Below, one piece after another: positions 19,666 to 29,488 of a stretch of 64,000 nucleotides of DNA. The notes under the pieces were generated by a model, which had not been told where the DNA came from, searched no databases, and saw only the letters and a program-made list of their open reading frames with translations. Origin of the DNA: Fimbriimonadia bacterium (GTDB taxonomy: Bacteria; Armatimonadota; Fimbriimonadia; Fimbriimonadales; JABRVX01); NCBI GenBank assembly GCA_041483895.1, contig JBGPGO010000003.1:192001-256000 (forward strand), in the 5' to 3' direction. Every line of letters begins with the position of its first letter. Positions within the stretch are counted from its first letter, which is position 1. Both the position numbers and the translations under genes were made by a program.

Positions 19666-21303
19666 TCACTTCTCCTTTGGCGGTTCGAGGACCGGCGGCG
19701 TGGTCGAGAAACTGAAATTAATCGACACTTCATACGCTCTTGGCCACGGAAGCGAGACCCGTACGTCTGCCAGGTCCTGCAGAACTTGGGGATAGCCGTC
19801 CAATCCGCCTGGTATCACAGTCCCCTTGAACCCCAACTTAAAGAACGTTTCCAACATCTTTCTTGTGTGCTTATCGACGAATCGCTGCAGTTGGAGCAGC
19901 TTTTCTCCGCTGATCTCCTCTTTTGCGCCCTTCAAGTCCTCTTTGGCGAAATCGTACGCAAGCGGACGGATGTAATTGTCGTACCCATATTCGGAGGCAA
20001 AGCGCGTCAGCAGGAACAGTTGCTGAGCCATCTCCCGATCCGCCACTTTGAGATGAGAATCTCGACGGGCGATTGCGTAGACGATGGCGTGCGGGATCGC
20101 TGTTCCGATGGTGTTGCTGGCCGTGTTCCAGCCGGAATAGGCCATGAGCCGCGTCCCCAGCCGGGACTCCAGCAGATACCGGATCAGCGCCTCGTCTCCC
20201 TGGCCCAACTTCAGATTCAGGTCGACAAGGGCGACCCGTCTGCCCGCCTCAATTTCCGCGGTGAACTGTTCTTTGAGCTTCTGGAAGTCTTTCTCCGACC
20301 GCTTCGGCGTGTTGACGTAGAGGGTGAAGTCCGAATCCTCCGTCGGCGTTGCGATGCGCCCTCCACAGGCGGTGATTTGCGAATAGAGCGCCCGCTCGAC
20401 CGTCTGACCCTCGTTGGGCGGCACGTCGCGCTTGCCGTTGTCATCCGCCCAGACGACCTGGAGCGTTGGGGTCAAACCCTCGTCCTGCGAAAGAACTCGT
20501 GCCAGCAGCGTGCAGGCAATCTGGTCGATTCCGCCCGAGAGCATGGCCCTGTCGTCCAGTCCAAACTTGTGGATGCCTTCCAGTAGGCGTTTCCGTTCCA
20601 ACCGCTGCGGACCGTACGGTTCGGCATCGTCCTGGCCGTAGATCAGGAAATCGACGGTCTTGTTCTGGGCGAGCGATAGCATCGCCTGAAGGACTTTGAA
20701 GTTTCTGTGACGAGTGTCAAGGTATTTCTGCAGGGCGTCCTTCGGGATCTTCGTGTAATGGAGGGCAGCTTCGGCATGGGCATCTTTGTTGCCGGTCGCC
20801 GCAGCCTTGTCCTTCTTGTATAGATAGTTCGCCAGGTCCAGCCGCCAGGTGGCCGCCTCCCGAGTGGCGGTCGGGGCGGCCCGCATGATGCCGGCGAACA
20901 GAAAAATGGGGAGATTTGGGTGGCTCGTCTTGATCCTCTTGAGAATGGCCAGCCGCTCCATCGCGTCTTTAACCGTGACCCCAGACTCGCGGGAAGGGAC
21001 GAGGCCGCCGTAGCACAGCATGTCGGCGGAGACGATGAGCGCGTCCGCCTCGTCGCTTGATCGGTATAGCCAGGCGGTCAGCGCTCCATAGTCCCCCGCC
21101 TGAGTGAACCGGCCCAGGTTCTCTGCCGGTGGCATCAGGAAACGGACCCCGGCGATTTCGGCCATCATTCGCGGCATCTGCGTGCATACGGGCCGGCTGT
21201 CGAGAGGCAGCAGGGCCACGGTGATCGGCCTTTGCGGCTCTTGAGCGAATGACGGAGCGGCGCCGAGCAACGCAATCCAAAGACATGGTTTGACGAAAGA
21301 CAT
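19666..21303 (-). CDS. Secreted DUF4127-family protein
   Basis: Signal peptide; PLDSRP, SADMLCYGGLVPSR, GQDDA, YSGWNTASNTIG. Confidence 0.75.
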   Translation of the reverse strand: MSFVKPCLWIALLGAAPSFAQEPQRPITVALLPLDSRPVCTQMPRMMAEIAGVRFLMPPAENLGRFTQAGDYGALTAWLYRSSDEADALIVSADMLCYGGLVPSRESGVTVKDAMERLAILKRIKTSHPNLPIFLFAGIMRAAPTATREAATWRLDLANYLYKKDKAAATGNKDAHAEAALHYTKIPKDALQKYLDTRHRNFKVLQAMLSLAQNKTVDFLIYGQDDAEPYGPQRLERKRLLEGIHKFGLDDRAMLSGGIDQIACTLLARVLSQDEGLTPTLQVVWADDNGKRDVPPNEGQTVERALYSQITACGGRIATPTEDSDFTLYVNTPKRSEKDFQKLKEQFTAEIEAGRRVALVDLNLKLGQGDEALIRYLLESRLGTRLMAYSGWNTASNTIGTAIPHAIVYAIARRDSHLKVADREMAQQLFLLTRFASEYGYDNYIRPLAYDFAKEDLKGAKEEISGEKLLQLQRFVDKHTRKMLETFFKLGFKGTVIPGGLDGYPQVLQDLADVRVSLPWPRAYEVSINFSFSTTPPVLEPPKEK

Positions 21304-21368
21304 CTCTCTCCTATTTTTGCATGGCGGCGATCTCCAGCGCGATCAATCATTCGGGTAGAGTTCAGGCA

Positions 21369-21857
21369 ATGGCGGACCTTAGTCACATCGATGATGCCGG
21401 CGGCGCTTCCATGGTGGACGTTGGCGGCAAGCCGGCGACCCATCGCAAGGCCGTCGCCCGTGGCGAGGTGCGCCTCCCTTCGGAGACGCGTCGGCTCTTG
21501 GCAGAAAAGGCCCTGCCGAAAGGCGACGTGCTCACTGTCGCGCAGGTCGCCGGGATTTTGGGGGCCAAGCGGACATCGGACCTGATTCCCATGTGCCACA
21601 ACATCGCTCTTACTCACCTGTCCGTGGAATTGGAACCAACGGAATATGGCATCGAGGTGCGGGTCGAGGCCGTGACCGAAGCGCAGACGGGGGTCGAAAT
21701 GGAGGCCCTGGTGGCGGTCAGCGTTGCCGCGCTCACAATCTATGATATGTGCAAATCGGCGGGCCATGGAATATCCATCACGAACATCGAGCTCATCAGC
21801 AAGACCGGGGGGAAGCCTGTCCCGAACCGGAGGGAGGGAAGCGATTGGCAGAAGTAG
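21369..21857 (+). CDS. moaC: Cyclic pyranopterin monophosphate synthase
   Basis: MVDVGGK, KGDVL, AKRTSDLIPMCH, TGVEMEAL, TIYDMCK. Confidence 0.96.
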   Translation: MADLSHIDDAGGASMVDVGGKPATHRKAVARGEVRLPSETRRLLAEKALPKGDVLTVAQVAGILGAKRTSDLIPMCHNIALTHLSVELEPTEYGIEVRVEAVTEAQTGVEMEALVAVSVAALTIYDMCKSAGHGISITNIELISKTGGKPVPNRREGSDWQK

Positions 21858-22342
21858 CCATTGCCGACATTCGATTTGGCGTCATAACCGTCAGCGACCG
21901 GTGCTCGCGCGGAGAGGGAGAGGACCAGTCCGGACCTAGAATTGTGCGGCATATCGCACAAGCGGGCGGCGCCGTCCTAACGGCCCAAATCGTGGCCGAC
22001 GACCTTGAGGCGATATCGCTAGAAATTCTTTCAACCGCCAAACGGTGCGACGTGGTCCTGACCACGGGAGGGACGGGCCTTTCCCCAACCGACATTACGC
22101 CTGAAGCCACGATGCACGCGATGGATCGAGAGGCGCCCGGCATCGCGGAAATGCTGCGGGCGATAGGAAGGCAGAAAAACCCGATGGCGGACCTGTCCCG
22201 TGGCGTCTCAGTCCTCGTTGGCAAGTGCCTCGTTATCAATCTTCCCGGTTCTCCCAACGCCGTCCGCGAGTTGATGGAGCCGCTGCTGAAGCTGCTCCCC
22301 CATGCCGTCGCTGTGCTGCGCGGCGATTCTTCGCACGACTGA
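21845..22342 (+). CDS. MogA/MoaB molybdopterin adenylyltransferase
   Basis: ITVSDR, DQSG, TTGGTG...DITPEA, NLPGSP; TTG start inferred from an upstream GGAGGG. Confidence 0.9.
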   Translation: MAEVAIADIRFGVITVSDRCSRGEGEDQSGPRIVRHIAQAGGAVLTAQIVADDLEAISLEILSTAKRCDVVLTTGGTGLSPTDITPEATMHAMDREAPGIAEMLRAIGRQKNPMADLSRGVSVLVGKCLVINLPGSPNAVRELMEPLLKLLPHAVAVLRGDSSHD

Positions 22343-23106
22343 TGCGGCTCATCGACACCCACTGCCATCTGAATACCACAGCAGCATATCCCGATCTCGG
22401 GGAGGTGTTGGCGCGAGCGCGAGAGGCCGGCGTGGAGAAGATGCTGGTGGTTGGGATCGACCGGGGCAGCACTCCGGAGGCGTTGCGCTTCGCGATTGCT
22501 TATTCTGAGATCTATGCCATCGTCGGTGTGCATCCCAACAGCGCGGCGGGATTCGGCGACCGGGAGATGGCTGAGGTGCGGGAGTGGCTCCAGGCGCCAA
22601 AAACCGTCGGGATCGGCGAGACGGGTCTTGACTATCACCATCAGGACGCCTCGAAGGACGATCAGGCCCGGGCCTTCGAATGGCACCTCGATCTTGCTGC
22701 GGAGACCGGACTGCCGCTCAGCATCCACTGCCGCGAGGCCTACGACGACCTCCTTGCGATTTTGGAGCGGCGCGGCGGGCCGTATCGCGGTGTTCTTCAC
22801 TGTTTCGGCGGAACCGTGTCCCATGCGGAGCGGGCGATCACTTTGGGGTTCCACTTAGGGGTCGACGGCCCGGTTACCTACAAGAAAGCCGACGATTTGC
22901 GGGAGGTGATTCGCCAAGTTCCCCTCGATCGCCTGTTGCTGGAAACCGATTGCCCCTATCTGCCGCCGGTTCCGCATCGGGGCAAGCGCAACGAGCCGTC
23001 CTACCTCCCGCTCATCGCCCAGGCCGTGGCCGACGCAAGAGCGGAGCCCTTAGAAACCGTTGCGGAAGCGACGACAAGGAACGCGATCAACCTGTTCGGT
23101 TTGTAG
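22342..23106 (+). CDS. tatD: TatD-family DNase
   Basis: IDTHCHL, GVHP, IGETGLDY, IHCREA, VLHCF, LLETDCPYL. Confidence 0.93.
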   Translation: MRLIDTHCHLNTTAAYPDLGEVLARAREAGVEKMLVVGIDRGSTPEALRFAIAYSEIYAIVGVHPNSAAGFGDREMAEVREWLQAPKTVGIGETGLDYHHQDASKDDQARAFEWHLDLAAETGLPLSIHCREAYDDLLAILERRGGPYRGVLHCFGGTVSHAERAITLGFHLGVDGPVTYKKADDLREVIRQVPLDRLLLETDCPYLPPVPHRGKRNEPSYLPLIAQAVADARAEPLETVAEATTRNAINLFGL

Positions 23107-24322
23107 CGACCCGATGCTTTCTTCGCAATCCGAGCCCCAATCCCGCGACGGCCAGGCAGGCCATCGAACTCGGCTCCGGCGTCACTTGAAGCGTCGGAAA
23201 CGGCGACAGAGTAACCGGACGCACGCCGTCATCGGCGATGATTTCGAATCGGTCTATGCCCGCGTGGATGGTCGCCGTAAGGTCCACCGAGTAAAGCCCG
23301 GCCCCCAAATCGAATATGGACCCAATCGAAGTCGCTTGTGAGCTGTCCGCCGCATGCCTTACTGTGAGCGACTTCATGGAATGGGTGATCGCCTGGCCGC
23401 GCCAGTCGAGCAGTTGGATCATCATCGTCGAAACCGACATGCCGTCATTGGGGAGCATGTCGTCCGAAAGCGTTGCGGTCGAAACGATTCCGTCTGGCCG
23501 GCCCACAAGGCCGCTGCGCCAAGTATCGAAAAGCCCTTCCATTTGGATGACGGGATCGGGATCGGCGAAACCGCCCTTGGTGATGTTGAAATTCATCAGA
23601 TAGTTGCCCTGCGCATAGCCATTCGCATTGGCATTTCCGTTTATGTCTCCCAGGCGCGCGTCGATCATAAAGCCGACATATGCCGATCGAACGAAGTGAG
23701 CAGGCGGAGAACCGCATCCTTCTGGGTTGCTGCCACAAGAGCATCGTCCGTCCCCGCCCATGGATCGCGCCGCCTCCATACCCGCCATCAGCTTTGCCGG
23801 CAGGTCCCCGGCAGTCTCCAATATCGCCTTTTGCGCCATCAGGATCACAGGTTCTCCCGTAAGCACATTGCCCTGGATTGCGTACACCGTATCGCCAAAG
23901 GATCCGATCAGGCCGCCGCGCCATCGTCCGTCTTGCGTGCCGGTAAACGTTGCGGAACGGCTTCGGGTATCCGCGATTCCATATTGACGGGTCTGATGAC
24001 TCGGGTCTCTTGCCGCCAAGCCTGTGATAATGTCGTTCGGATCCGTGCCGAGTTTGAGCTGATCGTAAATGTATTTGCGATTGGCCCCAGTTTGATCGAC
24101 TGAACTCTGCGCCGCCGCCGCGCCAACTCCCACGACGACAACGGGCAGCCATTGGCGCAGATCAAATCCTTGGAGGCAGGTCGCAGAGCCGATGGCGATC
24201 TCTTTTGTCCGGGAATTCGCCATGATGATGGACCAGGTAGCTGACACAGGAGTCAGTGTGAGAAGGCAGAGGCTCGCCGCCGCGAGCCCCTTGCCGATGC
24301 GGATCGCTGCAATGCAGTTCAT
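23087..24322 (-). CDS. Secreted DUF1028 (Ntn-hydrolase-like) protein with Ig-like domain and PEP-CTERM tail
   Basis: Signal peptide then TWSII; RQYGI, QGNVL, GGDGRC; C-terminus VTPEPSSMACLAVAGLGLGLRRK. Alternative start at 24331. Confidence 0.75.
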   Translation of the reverse strand: MNCIAAIRIGKGLAAASLCLLTLTPVSATWSIIMANSRTKEIAIGSATCLQGFDLRQWLPVVVVGVGAAAAQSSVDQTGANRKYIYDQLKLGTDPNDIITGLAARDPSHQTRQYGIADTRSRSATFTGTQDGRWRGGLIGSFGDTVYAIQGNVLTGEPVILMAQKAILETAGDLPAKLMAGMEAARSMGGDGRCSCGSNPEGCGSPPAHFVRSAYVGFMIDARLGDINGNANANGYAQGNYLMNFNITKGGFADPDPVIQMEGLFDTWRSGLVGRPDGIVSTATLSDDMLPNDGMSVSTMMIQLLDWRGQAITHSMKSLTVRHAADSSQATSIGSIFDLGAGLYSVDLTATIHAGIDRFEIIADDGVRPVTLSPFPTLQVTPEPSSMACLAVAGLGLGLRRKHRVATNRTG

Positions 24323-24553
24323 AATTCCCATCCTTCAAAAACAATAATATGCATCCCATGCGAGGATGCCGAACTCTGATACATCAATTTCGAGTGCCAT
24401 TTCGGCTTGACAGCATTATAACATGGAATTGGTGCGTTTAGCACCAACGTTCAGCGTAAATTCGTGCAACCTGAAAGAAAGTTGCGTCCTGGCTAAACTT
24501 GGTGTAAACTGAGGCGTCGATTGGTTTTGCATATCTGGACAGGAGTGGTGAGA

Positions 24554-25837
24554 ATGTTTCGCAGCCTTATTTTCCTCAGCATATTTGCCGCGTCTTGCGT
24601 CGCGTACGCGACCGACTTCCCCGAACACGAGCCGAACAACTCTTTCCCGCCGGGAGCGAGCCTTGGCCTTCTGAGCTCCGGCGATCGAATCGTGGGAGAC
24701 ATATCGTCAAGCTCCGACGTCGATTGGCATTATTTTGACACTTTAGGGACGGGCAGCTTCGGTCTCTATCGGTACACGTTCACCACTCAAATCCCGGCCG
24801 GCAAAGATTCAATTCTCATGATATTTGATTCGAATCCCGTTCCGGATCCCGACTTTCCCGATTCACCGAAGTATGTCTTGAATTACAACGACGACGCGGT
24901 ACCTGGCGTGGCAGCGTATAGCCGTTGCGAATACGATATGTTCACGAACGGTCAGAACGTCCGATGGGGGGCTTTCATTGAAGGTTTTACATCGCAAGAC
25001 GTTTGGGCCTATGGAATACAAGCGACGTGGGAGAAAATCATACCGGTCGACGTTGGCGCTTATGCTCCGGGCAATATCGTCCTCGACACCACGAAGTCAG
25101 CGGAGATGGATGACACGGAGATTGTTGTCTTCGATGCAAACGGCAATATGGTGGCCTACAACGATGATATCGATGGTACGCATCGCTTGTCGCATTTGGA
25201 GAAGAACCTAGCTAGTGGCGACTACTACATTTGCCTCACGTCCGCCGCCGCCTATCTGCCGACCGCGGGCCAAGATCGCACCGGCGTCGGTCCTGGCGAC
25301 CTGTCGGACGGCGCGTACACATTGACCATCAACGGGACGGATTACAACGGATCGATTACCATAGGAAGCGCCAACTGGTACATTGTTCATATTGGCAACC
25401 CGAAGACGATCTCCGGAACGGTGACCTTGGAAGCCATCAAGGGCGATCCGGCGACGGTGGCGGTCACGTTTGAAATCCGTGAACAGGGGACACAAAACGT
25501 GCTCCAGTCCACCACAAAGAACCTGAACAGCGACGGTTCCTACTCGTTCAGCACGAGCCTGACGGGGACAGTGGACATCGCGGCAAAAGGACCCGTCTAC
25601 CTGCGATCCAAACAGACGGTCGATCTTTCCGGATCGACAAGCGGTATCGATTTCGAACTCACAGCGGGCGATACAACAGGCGATAATGTCGTCGATCTGA
25701 AGGATATATCACCCATTTTCGTCTATTTCGAAACGACGGGGCTGTGGACGGAAGGCGATATCAACGGCGATGCAATCGTCGACATATTCGATCTCAACCT
25801 GCCGTTCCTTCATTTCGGCGAATCCGGAGCGCCATAG
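24554..25837 (+). CDS. Secreted protein with PPC-like domains and C-terminal dockerin-like domain
   Basis: Signal peptide, EHEPNNS, DTEIVVFD...AYNDD, paired GD-x-x-GD loops at the C-terminus. Confidence 0.65.
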   Translation: MFRSLIFLSIFAASCVAYATDFPEHEPNNSFPPGASLGLLSSGDRIVGDISSSSDVDWHYFDTLGTGSFGLYRYTFTTQIPAGKDSILMIFDSNPVPDPDFPDSPKYVLNYNDDAVPGVAAYSRCEYDMFTNGQNVRWGAFIEGFTSQDVWAYGIQATWEKIIPVDVGAYAPGNIVLDTTKSAEMDDTEIVVFDANGNMVAYNDDIDGTHRLSHLEKNLASGDYYICLTSAAAYLPTAGQDRTGVGPGDLSDGAYTLTINGTDYNGSITIGSANWYIVHIGNPKTISGTVTLEAIKGDPATVAVTFEIREQGTQNVLQSTTKNLNSDGSYSFSTSLTGTVDIAAKGPVYLRSKQTVDLSGSTSGIDFELTAGDTTGDNVVDLKDISPIFVYFETTGLWTEGDINGDAIVDIFDLNLPFLHFGESGAP

Positions 25838-25928
25838 CCACTGAGCCGAGGCAAAATTATGCACGTTCGTCTACATTTTTTTGGCTGATCCCTGGCATCG
25901 GGCGCCTCGCGGAAGGTAGCCTCTAGGC

Positions 25929-28118
25929 GTGGTGGCGACCCTCGATCTTTCCATCCTGAATCCGGCGCAGCGCGAAGCTGTCATGCATCCCGGCGGGCCT
26001 CTGCTCATCTTTGCGGGCGCCGGGAGCGGGAAAACGCGGGTCATAACCTATCGAATTGCCCGTCTGGTTGAAGAGGGCGTCCCACCCTATCGGATCCTTG
26101 CTGTGACGTTCACCAACAAGGCCGCAAACGAAATGAAAGAGCGGCTCGCAGACCTGCTGGGGGATCGAATCCGGAGCCTCTGGGTAGGGACATTCCACTC
26201 CACCTGCAGCCGGATTTTGCGGGAATCGGGAGAGGCAATCGGGGTGGACCGCGGCTTCGTCGTTTACGACGATGACGATCAACTTTCGCTGATCCGCCAA
26301 ACGCTCAAGGAATTGGGAATCGACGACAAGCAGTTCGCGCCACGTGCCGTTCTGAGCGCTATCAGCCGGGCAAAAGAGAAGCTGATTTCCGCGGAACAGT
26401 TCCCGGAGATGTTCTCTTCGTACTTTGACCGGATTGTGGCCCAGGTCTACCCGGTATACCAAAGGAAGCTGAGGCAGAGCGGCGCGCTGGACTTTGACGA
26501 TCTGATCTTCACGACCGTCCGCCTGCTCCGCGAGCGGGAAGACGTGCTCGCCAAATATCAAAATCGATTCGAGCACCTATTGGTCGACGAGTATCAGGAT
26601 GTGAATCAGTCTCAGTACGTTTTGGTCCAGCTTTTGGGCGGCGCACATGAAAACGTAACCGTTGTGGGAGATGACGACCAGTCCATTTACGGTTGGCGCG
26701 GGGCGGATGTATCCCTCATCCTGCGGTTCAGCAGCGATTATCCGAACGCCAAAGTCGTCACATTGGAGCAGAACTACCGCTCGACGCAACGAATTTTGGA
26801 GGCCGCGAACGACGTCGTGCGCAACAACCGCAGCCGCGCTTCTAAAAAGCTATGGACCGACAACTCGGAAGGGACTCCGGTTACGGTCACGATGTGCGGG
26901 ACCGAGCATGACGAGGCTCAGCTCGTTGCCAAGACGGTCCAGCAGGAGCTTGCGGCGGGAAAACGGGGCTTCCGGGATTTCGCCGTTCTGTACCGTACGA
27001 ACGCTCAATCCCGCGTGTTTGAGGAGGTGTTCCTCAGCCTTCGCATCCCGCATCAAATTGTTGGCAGCATCCGATTCTATGAGCGCAAAGAGATCAAGGA
27101 CATGATCGCTTATCTCCGCGTCCTCGCCAACCCGATCGACTCCATTTCCATCAAGCGCATCATCAATACCCCGGTGCGCGGGATTGGGGCGACAACCATC
27201 ACGGCTCTCGAACAGCACGCCGGCGATTTCGATCAAACCCTGTGGGATGCCCTCAACGACCCGGATGTGCTCAACCGCTTCGGCGCGGGGCCAAAAAAGA
27301 AGCTGATGGAGTTTGTCAAGCTGATCACCCGTCTGCGCGAACTGCCGCTCAATGGTCCGGTCACGCCGACGTTGGAGGCTGTCCTTACAGAATCCGGCTA
27401 CCTCCAGGCCTTGGAAGCGGAGCACACTTTGGAAGGGCAGGACCGCGCCGACAACGTCCGGGAGCTCTTGACCGTCACGGAGGAATACGATAACAGCGCC
27501 GATCCGCCATCGCTGGGTGAATTCTTGCAGAATGTCGCCCTGGTAAGCGACGCGGATTCGGTGGGTGAAAAGGCCAATTCCGTGGTCCTGATGACGCTGC
27601 ATACCGCGAAGGGGTTGGAGTTTCCCGTGGTCTTCCTAACAGGCTTGGAAGAAGGGGTGTTTCCGCATGCCCGATCGCTGGCATCGGATTCGGAAACGGA
27701 AGAAGAGCGGCGACTCTGCTATGTCGGGATGACCCGGGCCAGGGAAGAGCTGCATCTCACATTGGCGAGCCGCCGATCATTTCGGGGCCAGGCCCAATTC
27801 AATCCGCCGTCTCGATTCATCAAGCACCTTCGCCAAGAGCGGATCGCCACGTTGGGAGGATCCATCCAACCGACGATTGGCACTCGGCCCGGGACGCAGC
27901 GCTCGAGCCAAGTGGCCGCCATGATGGAGACACCGCACCATGACGACTACGAGGCCCCGTTCAACGTGGGGCAGAGAGTGCGGCATCCGAAGTTCGGAAG
28001 CGGCGTGGTTGTCGCCTGCGCCCGCGTGGGAGATGACAGCGAAGTCACAGTCGCATTTCCTGGTATTGTTGGAATTAAGAAGCTTTTGCAAAGATTCGCC
28101 CAACTGGAGCCGCTGTAG
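25929..28118 (+). CDS. pcrA: ATP-dependent DNA helicase PcrA/UvrD
   Basis: AGAGSGKT, VDEYQD, VGDDDQSIY, LEQNYRS, LMTLHTAKGLEF, EEERRLCYVGMTRA, C-terminal Tudor-like domain. Confidence 0.96.
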   Translation: MVATLDLSILNPAQREAVMHPGGPLLIFAGAGSGKTRVITYRIARLVEEGVPPYRILAVTFTNKAANEMKERLADLLGDRIRSLWVGTFHSTCSRILRESGEAIGVDRGFVVYDDDDQLSLIRQTLKELGIDDKQFAPRAVLSAISRAKEKLISAEQFPEMFSSYFDRIVAQVYPVYQRKLRQSGALDFDDLIFTTVRLLREREDVLAKYQNRFEHLLVDEYQDVNQSQYVLVQLLGGAHENVTVVGDDDQSIYGWRGADVSLILRFSSDYPNAKVVTLEQNYRSTQRILEAANDVVRNNRSRASKKLWTDNSEGTPVTVTMCGTEHDEAQLVAKTVQQELAAGKRGFRDFAVLYRTNAQSRVFEEVFLSLRIPHQIVGSIRFYERKEIKDMIAYLRVLANPIDSISIKRIINTPVRGIGATTITALEQHAGDFDQTLWDALNDPDVLNRFGAGPKKKLMEFVKLITRLRELPLNGPVTPTLEAVLTESGYLQALEAEHTLEGQDRADNVRELLTVTEEYDNSADPPSLGEFLQNVALVSDADSVGEKANSVVLMTLHTAKGLEFPVVFLTGLEEGVFPHARSLASDSETEEERRLCYVGMTRAREELHLTLASRRSFRGQAQFNPPSRFIKHLRQERIATLGGSIQPTIGTRPGTQRSSQVAAMMETPHHDDYEAPFNVGQRVRHPKFGSGVVVACARVGDDSEVTVAFPGIVGIKKLLQRFAQLEPL

Positions 28119-28129
28119 GAGATTGTGAA

Positions 28130-28894
28130 TTGTTGAGAGACAACGCGCGATTGTGCTGGACGATAGGATTTGCGATTACGGTGCTTGCGCTGGGTTTAGT
28201 CGGATGCGCCTCAAGTCCAAAAGCCACAAAAAACACGTCGACTGATAAGGACCACGACATCAATGCCAACCCCGTCAGTCTCGACCCATCAAAGTACCCG
28301 ATTACGGATTTTTATCCGATGAAGTCCGGCATGGTTAAGGACTACGTCCGGTCGGAAGGATTCAAAAATTTTCCGGTGAAAGCCACGTTCGGTCAGGTTA
28401 CGGACAGTGGTGGCAAGAAGATGGTGATCGTCACGTCCGTGAGCTTGGACGACAAGGGTCAGCCTCGCCTTGATGCCAATAAGAAACCGATTCCGAAATC
28501 GGTGGAAACTCATTTGTGGGATCCGAACGCCGGCCTATTCATCGACGGAACGAAGGTGGGCGAAATTACCGCTGCCGGGCAAAAGGTTCTTCCCGCGAAA
28601 TGGGAAGAGGGCGCCCGATGGCAACGGCACATGCAGTTGGGTACCGCCAAAAAGCCCACCCCCGCGACGCTGTTCGGCGTCGTGGGAAAACCTGAGCGTG
28701 TCGATACGCCGGCGGGTCAATTTGAAGCGATGACTTCGGAAATTACGATTTCTTGGATCGCTGTCCAAAATGGTCGTCCAGGAACCGGTTCACTCTACAG
28801 CAAGTACTGGTTCGTCAAAGATTTGGGGATCGTTAAGGTGTCCCAAGAGTCAAACAACCAACGCGTCTCCCTGATGCTAGCAAAGAAGCCATGA
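28130..28894 (+). CDS. Hypothetical lipoprotein (beta-rich, TPAGxF...GxVK C-terminus)
   Basis: Lipobox LVGC; VDTPAGQFEA...YWFVKDLGIVK. Confidence 0.6.
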   Translation: MLRDNARLCWTIGFAITVLALGLVGCASSPKATKNTSTDKDHDINANPVSLDPSKYPITDFYPMKSGMVKDYVRSEGFKNFPVKATFGQVTDSGGKKMVIVTSVSLDDKGQPRLDANKKPIPKSVETHLWDPNAGLFIDGTKVGEITAAGQKVLPAKWEEGARWQRHMQLGTAKKPTPATLFGVVGKPERVDTPAGQFEAMTSEITISWIAVQNGRPGTGSLYSKYWFVKDLGIVKVSQESNNQRVSLMLAKKP

Positions 28895-29487
28895 TCCATA
28901 CCTTCGCGCTGGCCATCCTGGCACAAAGCGCCGCTATCCCGGCCGAGCAATACCAGCCGCTCAAAATCGGGAACTCGTGGACATACCGACTGAAGGATGG
29001 AGCGAGAACTTCCGAATACGTTCACAAAATCAGCGGCATCAAAAAGACAGATGGGCGCAGCGCGTTCCTGATGGAGGTGGTGGTGAAGGGCAAGCCCATT
29101 TCCAGCGCACTCCTCTATTGGTCACTCGACGGTCTGCGACAGTCGGAAAGCGGAACCGTGAAAATGACTCCCCCGCCCATCGAGTTCCGACTCCCGCCGA
29201 AGCTGGGGAGCAAGTGGACGTGGAGCGGCACGGCAACGATCTCCGGCATGGACTGCCCGGCAAAGGCGGACTGCTCCATATCCGGCACGGGAAAGGTGAC
29301 GGTGCCGGCCGGAACGTTCCTCTGCCTGGTTGTGACGAAGAAGGTTCATATGATGGTGCAAGGAAAGCCGTATTACTTTGTTTTGACGGAATGCTACAGC
29401 CAGGGTGTGGGACTCGTGAAGACCACCAACAGCTCGCCGGAACGCAAATCCGTGGCAGAGCTCATGACGTACAAGTTGGTGAAATAG
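28891..29487 (+). CDS. Hypothetical secreted protein, distant paralog of the upstream lipoprotein
   Basis: YQPLKIGNSWTY; VTVPAGTFLC...CYSQGVGLVK; ATGA coupling to the upstream gene. Confidence 0.6.
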   Translation: MIHTFALAILAQSAAIPAEQYQPLKIGNSWTYRLKDGARTSEYVHKISGIKKTDGRSAFLMEVVVKGKPISSALLYWSLDGLRQSESGTVKMTPPPIEFRLPPKLGSKWTWSGTATISGMDCPAKADCSISGTGKVTVPAGTFLCLVVTKKVHMMVQGKPYYFVLTECYSQGVGLVKTTNSSPERKSVAELMTYKLVK

Positions 29488-29488
29488 C

